A stretch of DNA of 64,000 nt from a virus. The notes beneath the pieces are model-generated. The model did not search any database, was not told the origin of the DNA, and worked only from the letters and a program-made list of their open reading frames with translations. The stretch is from positions 6,348 through 70,347 of IMG/VR virus record IMGVR_UViG_3300009159_000062. The stretch is one strand, 5' to 3'. This document shows, piece by piece, positions 58,569 through 64,000 of the stretch. Every line of letters starts with the position of its first letter. Position 1 is the first letter of the stretch. The translations under genes and the position numbers were made by a program.

Positions 58569-58816
58569 AATAGGATTATACCATTAAATATCAAAAAGTG
58601 CCAAGGAGAGCATTTATAGAACTCCCAGGCACTACTTATTTTTGATTTTATTTGATATATTTTTTTTGTAACAATTGGGTAAACTTTGTAGGGGTCATCT
58701 CAGTATTTAAGATTTAGAACCAGAGTGTCAATTCGATAGTGTATACTTAAAATATATAAAGAGAAAAGAATATCTTTAAACCTTTAATATTATTTATATA
58801 TTATATATAGAGAAAA

Positions 58817-59095
58817 TTATTTATCAGTTTTTGATATATGTGTTAGTAAAGTTTCGAACATCTTATCTATTTTTTTATCCATATCTTTTCTCATTTCATT
58901 TGCTTCTGTCATCCGAACTTCTAATCTCGTAACTTGGTCCTTTAAACTTGAGCCAGAATTGGGGCGAATTTCAGATCGTATTTCGTCAAAATAATGTTTT
59001 GTTAACCATTTGACTGTTGCAACGAGTCCTGCTACAATAGTAGTAACACCTATGATGATCTCGATAGTAAGAGCAGATTGGCTTGAAAATAACAT
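58817..59095 (-). CDS. single-TM coiled-coil membrane protein (holin-like?)
   Basis: IIIGVTTIVAGLVATV TM, PNSGSSLKDQVTRLE. Confidence 0.55.
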   Translation of the reverse strand: MLFSSQSALTIEIIIGVTTIVAGLVATVKWLTKHYFDEIRSEIRPNSGSSLKDQVTRLEVRMTEANEMRKDMDKKIDKMFETLLTHISKTDK

Positions 59096-59135
59096 AACAT
59101 GAGTATTATAACATTATTATTTGGAGATATATAAA

Positions 59136-59894
59136 ATGCAAAGCGCTATATTGGAAACACTGCAGAAGTCGCAAAAAATTATTATCTCTCCAGATGTAGA
59201 TGGTTTTATGTCGGCGGAGTTATTGAATCGCAAATTCGGTTCGCAAATTGTTGGTACATACGATAAGAACATATTATGTCTTGCTGACGACGTTAAGCCT
59301 GAAGAATGTCTTTTCGTCGATTGTGATATGAATACGAAAGAGTTTGTTTCGATCGGAAATCATATGAGAATTGAAAATGACAATATGGCCGATGCGTCAT
59401 TCAATCCAAATCGTTTTTGGAAAACGAAAATGTATACCTCAAAGTTTCCTTACGCAACCTGTTTTTTAATTTCGTCGGCAATAGAGGTTGATCTTGATCT
59501 ATATGACCTTAAACGCATGGCTCACGCTGATTCAACACTAATCAATATGGAAAATTACAGCAGTAACATGCGTACATGGTCAACAAGGCTCAAAGAATCC
59601 GATGTAACTCCAATTATCGAACAAACCTTAGATATCTCAGACATTAGAGTGAAGTATCCAACACAATCTTTTGCATCAAAAAGGTTTGGCAAGGAAAGAT
59701 ATCTGGATACCCTAAATAAGGCCCTAGAAAGCGAGGGGACGGATTATCTCCCATTAACCAAGGGTACCAAGTATATGGCTGATAAAGTCGGCTTAAACAC
59801 CCTTATAAGGTATATGGATGATATCATTTCATATGCGGAAATATATTCAGGTGAGTATAGTGTCACGTATAACCAGGAGATTGAGTTTAGATGA
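59136..59894 (+). CDS. DHH-superfamily-like phosphoesterase (divergent)
   Basis: SPDVDGFMS (motif I), LFVDCD (motif II), GNH instead of DHH, NPN, AHAD; GGAG SD. Confidence 0.5.
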   Translation: MQSAILETLQKSQKIIISPDVDGFMSAELLNRKFGSQIVGTYDKNILCLADDVKPEECLFVDCDMNTKEFVSIGNHMRIENDNMADASFNPNRFWKTKMYTSKFPYATCFLISSAIEVDLDLYDLKRMAHADSTLINMENYSSNMRTWSTRLKESDVTPIIEQTLDISDIRVKYPTQSFASKRFGKERYLDTLNKALESEGTDYLPLTKGTKYMADKVGLNTLIRYMDDIISYAEIYSGEYSVTYNQEIEFR

Positions 59895-60091
59895 CCAAAG
59901 ATGTTAGGCCTTGGGATTTAATTAATCCTAATCAGCCAAAAAGCACAGATGAGATTGTTAAGTCCCGCCTAGAAATTTGTAAGTCTTGTGAATATTTTAG
60001 ACCTAAGACAGAGACTTGTCGCAAGTGTGGATGCTTTATGAAATTAAAAACTACTTTAGTAAATGCCAAATGCCCAATAGGCAAGTGGTAA
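59891..60091 (+). CDS. Cys-rich small protein (RL.IC..C...C.KCGCFM..K...CP.GKW)
   Basis: Six Cys, ATGA coupling. Confidence 0.7.
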   Translation: MTKDVRPWDLINPNQPKSTDEIVKSRLEICKSCEYFRPKTETCRKCGCFMKLKTTLVNAKCPIGKW

Positions 60092-60111
60092 AAGAATGTT
60101 ATAATCAGATT

Positions 60112-60834
60112 ATGAAAGTTAAAAGAATAGAGCCCTTTCAAGTTGAAAACTTTTTAGGAAAAAAAGAGATAGATCTTATTTACAAAAACGTAGATGCCTT
60201 GATTGATGAAGGCGTGCGTGAAAGTGGAGATAGGTATGCTAAATTTTTTAAATTTGTAAACAATGGTTTTATAACTACATACGGTCCGTGGCATCAAGAT
60301 ATATATGATTTCTTTATCAAGAAAGGTGAAGAATACGGACAGAATAAAATACCTTTTACAAATAATGCTTTGATCTTTGCTAGATACTCACACGAAAGTG
60401 GTGGTGTTCCAAACTTATCCCCTCATATAGATGTTGTTGCAAATAAGATTATCTATACCTGTACAGTTAGACTAAAGTCTAGCAAGCAATGGGATATTTA
60501 TGTGAAAGACGAAAAATTTGATATGCCAAACGAAGGTTCGGCTGTATGGTTTACTGGAAATCAAGATGCTCACTGGAGACCAGATATAGAATTTGGTCCA
60601 GATGATTATTATGACATTATGCTAGTCCAGGTTTGGTCTGATATAGAAAATGAAGAATACGTTCCAGACCATAAAGAAAAAGCAGAAGCCCAAGAAGAAG
60701 AATATAAAGCCAAATATGCACATCTATTGCAAACAAGTAAAAATGTTAGTCGAGACAACAATACAGACTGCATTGGAATTAGTGATGGACAAACTACAGA
60801 TGATGCCTACAGGGCTGCTGGCTATAAATTATAA
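60112..60834 (+). CDS. 2OG-Fe(II) oxygenase-like protein (PHxD...HWR family)
   Basis: LSPHID...DAHWRP. True start follows TGTTATAAT(60097-60105) by 6 nt. Confidence 0.7.
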   Translation: MKVKRIEPFQVENFLGKKEIDLIYKNVDALIDEGVRESGDRYAKFFKFVNNGFITTYGPWHQDIYDFFIKKGEEYGQNKIPFTNNALIFARYSHESGGVPNLSPHIDVVANKIIYTCTVRLKSSKQWDIYVKDEKFDMPNEGSAVWFTGNQDAHWRPDIEFGPDDYYDIMLVQVWSDIENEEYVPDHKEKAEAQEEEYKAKYAHLLQTSKNVSRDNNTDCIGISDGQTTDDAYRAAGYKL

Positions 60835-60841
60835 ATTCTAA

Positions 60842-61501
60842 TTAACGCTTTGCTATATAGATATCTGAAGTCATTCCTTCGTTAAACGCAAAGGCATAGA
60901 CATACCAGTCATTGTTCCTTTGTAAAAAATTATTTATAGAGTCAATAACTCCTATTTCTTTTATTTCCTTGTCGTCTTCCCCTGGATTTTCAAACCTACA
61001 GTAATCATTAAATCCAATTATTCCTCCTGGGTTTAATCTTAACAATGATTGTTCTATTGCATAGTCTGTCGCCTCTTTAGTGTGCAGATAATCTATATAT
61101 ATAAAGTCAAAGGCGTCTGATCTATTTTGACAGAAAAATTTAAATGTACCAGCATAAACCTCAACATGCAGCATATCTTTAAATCTATTTTTAACAAAAG
61201 CATAATGGTCTTTTGCCTCATCCCATCTTTTTATCCCATATTGTTTTGCAAAGTCATCTTCCATAAGATAAGGATCTACCAGAACTGCTTTACTTACAGA
61301 TGTTTTTTGTATTACGTCAATAGCAAAATCTCCAGCCAAAGTTCCAATCTCTAAGAATGATATATTTTTTGGCAATGACTCTATGAATGTTAGTCGATCT
61401 GAATATAGTTTTGCATTTGTCAATTGATCTTGACTTATTGTATTTTTTATTCTTAATGATTCTTTTTCATGCAGAATCTCAGGATTCTCTACAAACCACA
61501 T
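60842..61501 (-). CDS. class I SAM-dependent methyltransferase
   Basis: LEIGTLAGDF, LVDPY, FDFIYID..H, PGGIIGFNDY. Confidence 0.78.
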   Translation of the reverse strand: MWFVENPEILHEKESLRIKNTISQDQLTNAKLYSDRLTFIESLPKNISFLEIGTLAGDFAIDVIQKTSVSKAVLVDPYLMEDDFAKQYGIKRWDEAKDHYAFVKNRFKDMLHVEVYAGTFKFFCQNRSDAFDFIYIDYLHTKEATDYAIEQSLLRLNPGGIIGFNDYCRFENPGEDDKEIKEIGVIDSINNFLQRNNDWYVYAFAFNEGMTSDIYIAKR

Positions 61502-61644
61502 TAATTAGTTGTCTTATCGTGATCTGATTCAGATTTACAAGAACATCCATCACAGCAAAATTCTGAAAAAATTTTTAATGCCAAACCATCGTTTTTGACT
61601 TCGTCTTTCCACATTGCGTTTTCAAGATTGTCTAATATAGCCAT
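61501..61644 (-). CDS. 47-aa Cys-rich microprotein MAILDNLENAM...FCCDGCSC
   Basis: GGAGG SD, stop overlaps next start. Confidence 0.6.
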   Translation of the reverse strand: MAILDNLENAMWKDEVKNDGLALKIFSEFCCDGCSCKSESDHDKTTN

Positions 61645-61647
61645 TAG

Positions 61648-61770
61648 TTAGTGTCCTCCATAGGATCTCCAAAGAAATTCGTGTATTGCTGTTACTGTGT
61701 ATAGTGTTGATAGTAAAAGATGGAGTTCCATGGCTTTTGATACCCTCGATATTTTTACCTTAGATTCCAT
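61648..61770 (-). CDS. 40-aa microprotein MESKVKISRVSKAMELHLLL...
   Basis: Fills the gap between coupled ORFs. Confidence 0.4.
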   Translation of the reverse strand: MESKVKISRVSKAMELHLLLSTLYTVTAIHEFLWRSYGGH

Positions 61771-61903
61771 TATCTTCCATGTATTTTAATCGTTCCTCAA
61801 GATGTGGATCTTTGAGTATTTCTTTAATGGCTTCTAGTTCTTTTTGACTTGGCATCCCGCCATCATCTGCCATAGAGGCTTCTAGGTTATCTAGGATACC
61901 CAT
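61760..61903 (-). CDS. 47-aa acidic microprotein MGILDNLEASM...
   Basis: Starts 1 nt after upstream stop, shares N-terminus with 61501..61644. Confidence 0.6.
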   Translation of the reverse strand: MGILDNLEASMADDGGMPSQKELEAIKEILKDPHLEERLKYMEDNGI

Positions 61904-61904
61904 A

Positions 61905-62045
61905 TTAACTACAGGATGAGCAATAGTTATCAACACGAAGTTGCTCTTTTGTAACCCAGATAATCCTGGTGCAACGATAACAAGACTTCATAGAGTATTT
62001 CTTCTCTCTACGGTCTTTCCGAATTTCTAGTCCAAGTAAGTGCAT
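61905..62045 (-). CDS. 46-aa CxxC...CxxC zinc-finger microprotein
   Basis: CYRC...YCSSC; leaderless promoter 6 nt upstream. Confidence 0.6.
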   Translation of the reverse strand: MHLLGLEIRKDRREKKYSMKSCYRCTRIIWVTKEQLRVDNYCSSCS

Positions 62046-62051
62046 ATATTT

Positions 62052-62092
62052 ATTTTATCATACTTGACTCAAGTTGTCAAATAGTGTATACT
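62052..62092. promoter_or_regulatory. overlapping divergent sigma70 promoters
   Basis: Minus: TTGACA(62080-75)-17-TAAAAT(62057-52). Plus: TTGACT(62064-69)-17-TATACT(62087-92). Each is 6 nt from an ATG. Confidence 0.75.
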
Positions 62093-62098
62093 TTTAAG

Positions 62099-62215
62099 AT
62101 GATAAGCGCTACACACCTTGGAGATTATGATCATTCAGACAGGGCTATTCTCATAGTGGGTGTTGCCCTTCTTATAACGCTTGTAATTTATATTATAGAG
62201 AGGTTACGCAAATGA
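62099..62215 (+). CDS. 38-aa single-TM microprotein
   Basis: AILIVGVALLITLVIYII TM, ATGA overlap with next gene. Confidence 0.6.
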   Translation: MISATHLGDYDHSDRAILIVGVALLITLVIYIIERLRK

Positions 62216-62604
62216 TATTTCACAAACACCTACTTGTTAATGCCAAAGTAGAAAATCCTATTAATACCGAAGAGCAAGGAGTTGACTTTCTTACCCGCCT
62301 AGTTGAAAGTATTGACATGAAGATTATTAAAGGACCTTTTGCGTCCTATGTTGACAAACCAGGAAACCGAGGACTTACTGCTATCGTAATGATAGAGACT
62401 AGCCATATAGCATTTCATATATGGGATGAGATGGATCCATCGTTAGTTCAGTTTGACTTGTATACCTGCGGAGAATTAAATCTTGCCAAGGTTCTTCTTG
62501 CTTTTGGAGAAACCTTTAAAGTTGTAAGTCTGGATTATCAATTGTTCGATAGAGAGAATGGCTTTGTCTTAGAAGACAGAGGATCTTGGCCAGCAATAAT
62601 CTGA
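62212..62604 (+). CDS. speD: S-adenosylmethionine decarboxylase proenzyme-like (pyruvoyl)
   Basis: HKHLL, GLTAIVMIETSHIAFHIWDE, QFDLYTCG. Confidence 0.78.
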   Translation: MIFHKHLLVNAKVENPINTEEQGVDFLTRLVESIDMKIIKGPFASYVDKPGNRGLTAIVMIETSHIAFHIWDEMDPSLVQFDLYTCGELNLAKVLLAFGETFKVVSLDYQLFDRENGFVLEDRGSWPAII

Positions 62605-62719
62605 AAAAATTTTTATTTTCACTTTCATAAAAATCTGAATATTTTGTTCAGATGTACGATGCATGATTTGAAAAAATATAACAGAAAAAAATAGTGAGCA
62701 CATAAAAGGGGGAAGCCTT

Positions 62720-62833
62720 CTATGTGTCTTGCTGTGCGTCCTCTATGTAATGACTGCGATCATAGTTAGCAATAGTCCCACCATTTTCTAGGTGGGCTTT
62801 GCGTCTCAGTTGCTCAGCAGAATACTCAGCCAC
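62720..62833 (-). CDS. 37-aa microprotein MAEYSAEQLRRKAHL...
   Basis: GTG start overlapping upstream TAG. Confidence 0.5.
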   Translation of the reverse strand: MAEYSAEQLRRKAHLENGGTIANYDRSHYIEDAQQDT

Positions 62834-62979
62834 TACTTATCGTTTCTAATTAGTCTAATAGAATAAACTAATGAGATAGTGCCAACTAGCAACCATGTAG
62901 GTATTTCTATTGCTACACCGCTTGGGTATAGGTTGTTAATATAGAAAGAGATGTAATCTAAATCTGCGTAGAACTCCAT
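62833..62979 (-). CDS. 48-aa membrane microprotein MEFYADLDY...WLLVGTISLVYSI
   Basis: GAGG SD, C-terminal hydrophobic segment. Confidence 0.55.
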   Translation of the reverse strand: MEFYADLDYISFYINNLYPSGVAIEIPTWLLVGTISLVYSIRLIRNDK

Positions 62980-62981
62980 AA

Positions 62982-63134
62982 CTATTTAACCTCTACTTCT
63001 CTAATGTTGTAAGTGAAACCCTTACCTAGTTTATTTAATTCAGCGATAACCGCTAAGATTTCTTCAGGCTTGCTAGCCTTATTGCCTACGGATAGCAAAT
63101 TGCCACCCTGCCATAGTGAGTAAGTGATAGTCAT
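62982..63134 (-). CDS. 50-aa microprotein MTITYSLWQG...
   Basis: AAGGAG SD, TAATG coupling. Confidence 0.6.
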   Translation of the reverse strand: MTITYSLWQGGNLLSVGNKASKPEEILAVIAELNKLGKGFTYNIREVEVK

Positions 63135-63349
63135 TAGTTAGACTCCTTCATGTTATTCATAACCCAACGGCTTTCGTTAGGTGATAGGTAGCGGTGAGAT
63201 ACCACTCCGTTAGAGGCTACTAGCATTTCTAGATAAGCCTTTCTAGTCATGTAGTTGCCTACTGTATTGCGAAATACTAGGGGAGTATTCGTATTAGAGG
63301 AAGCCATAGGGTGGTTAGGCTCTAGAACCATTGTATTTAGTGATATCAT
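63134..63349 (-). CDS. 71-aa hypothetical protein
   Basis: GAAAGG SD, first gene after repeat-rich leader. Confidence 0.65.
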   Translation of the reverse strand: MISLNTMVLEPNHPMASSNTNTPLVFRNTVGNYMTRKAYLEMLVASNGVVSHRYLSPNESRWVMNNMKESN

Positions 63350-63407
63350 TTTGATACCCTTTCTTTTAATCTAGTTAGCGATTTGCTAACCTTTTTGCTG
63401 ACCTAGG

Positions 63408-63620
63408 TTATTTGCTCTTATTTGCTAGGCTCACCCTTTAGGGGGTTATTTGCTAGGCTCAGAGGCTCACTAGGATTTATTCTATATTTAATTTTCTATG
63501 TCGTAAGACTATCACACTTTAGTCGAAAAGTCAAGGGGACACGCCGTCTATTTGGTGTGATTTAGGCCACTTATTCGCTACGCTCATGCGAACACTTGTT
63601 CGCCTTATTTGGTAGGCTCA
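63408..63620 (-). repeat. four copies of 16-mer TGAGCcTAgCaAATAA (63418-33, 63446-61, 63571-86, 63605-20) plus partial copies
   Basis: Read directly. Confidence 0.85.
63506..63571 (-). promoter_or_regulatory. promoter unit 1: TTGACT-17-TAGTCT with upstream GACACGCCG and TGTGA-N6-CCACT
   Basis: Read directly; geometry identical to unit 2. Confidence 0.7.
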
Positions 63621-63656
63621 TTAGCCTTATCTATCTCTATTTATTTGTATAATGGA

Positions 63657-63722
63657 ATACTATCACACTACCCCCCAAAAGTCAAGTCCTAGCACGGCGT
63701 GTCGTATGTGATTTAGCCCACA
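63657..63722 (-). promoter_or_regulatory. promoter unit 2: TTGACT-17-TAGTAT with upstream CGGCGTGTC and TGTGA-N6-CCACA
   Basis: Read directly; 151-bp offset from unit 1. Confidence 0.7.
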
Positions 63723-63865
63723 TGACAAAAGGTGCAAAACGGACATGTACTCGGCGTGGTCGGGCGTGTCTTAGGTGGGCTTAAGTCCCCTTTATAGATC
63801 CCCCAAAAATGTGGTGTAACTCACAGTGGCATATATCCCATATGTCCGTTTTGTGGTACCAAAAA

Positions 63866-63887
63866 TGTCAGTGGTGCCTGTTATACT
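63866..63887 (+). promoter_or_regulatory. RecA-NDp/PafBC-type promoter
   Basis: TGTCAGTG-8 nt-TATACT fits the actinobacterial tTGTCRgtg-N8-TAnnnT pattern. Confidence 0.6.
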
Positions 63888-63937
63888 TCTAGTATAAAGA
63901 AAGTTGAGAAAGGTTCTCAAACTAGAAAGGAATTCAA

Positions 63938-64000
63938 ATGAATTCAAATGTAATAATCCAAGTGTGTAAATCACACGTTCCAAATAAGTCTGCTATCTCA
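63938..64000 (+). CDS. partial ORF MNSNVIIQVCKSHVPNKSAIS...
   Basis: GAAAGGA SD downstream of promoter, open to window end. Confidence 0.55.
   Translation, partial: MNSNVIIQVCKSHVPNKSAIS

Noticed and set aside
63792-63983. 63-aa minus-strand ORF
   Set aside because: Runs antisense across the plus-strand promoter, SD and ORF start, which are better supported
1-64000. Stop-codon reassignment or introns in core genes
   Set aside because: dnaE, nrdJ, recA, portal and tape measure are uninterrupted under the standard code, and all three stops terminate genes

Overview
AT-rich (roughly one-third GC by eye) 64-kb segment of a large tailed dsDNA phage with siphovirus-type organisation. The host is most likely an actinobacterium, plausibly a freshwater one. 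This is inferred from the DnaE/RecA/class II RNR gene set, the PASTA, LysM and transglycosylase genes, many leaderless TGnTATAAT promoters, and CRP-, WhiA- and PafBC-like promoter motifs. Almost all genes up to 59 kb are on the minus strand: a recombination/replication module (Cas4-like nuclease, Hjc-like resolvase, RecA, DnaE, SSB, primase, DnaB), tail genes and tape measure, head genes (capsid, protease, portal; no terminase in the window), class II RNR, and a long fibre/decoration region with glycosyl- and methyltransferases and a tRNA-Arg(CCG). From 59 kb on there is an accessory region and a regulatory, early-like region of microproteins. The strongest candidate for an undescribed system is a cassette present twice: a fibre protein ending in a shared adapter domain, then a protein built as FN3x2 or PASTA + (FTPFG)n + C-terminal Hint domain ending HNK-stop, then 2OG-Fe(II) oxygenase-like genes (plus a stand-alone degenerate Hint gene in copy 2). 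Other notable features are nine 2OG-oxygenase-like genes, tail chaperones apparently made by gene duplication instead of frameshifting, and a repeat-structured promoter region at 63.4-63.9 kb. All calls come from motif reading only; no searches were run.
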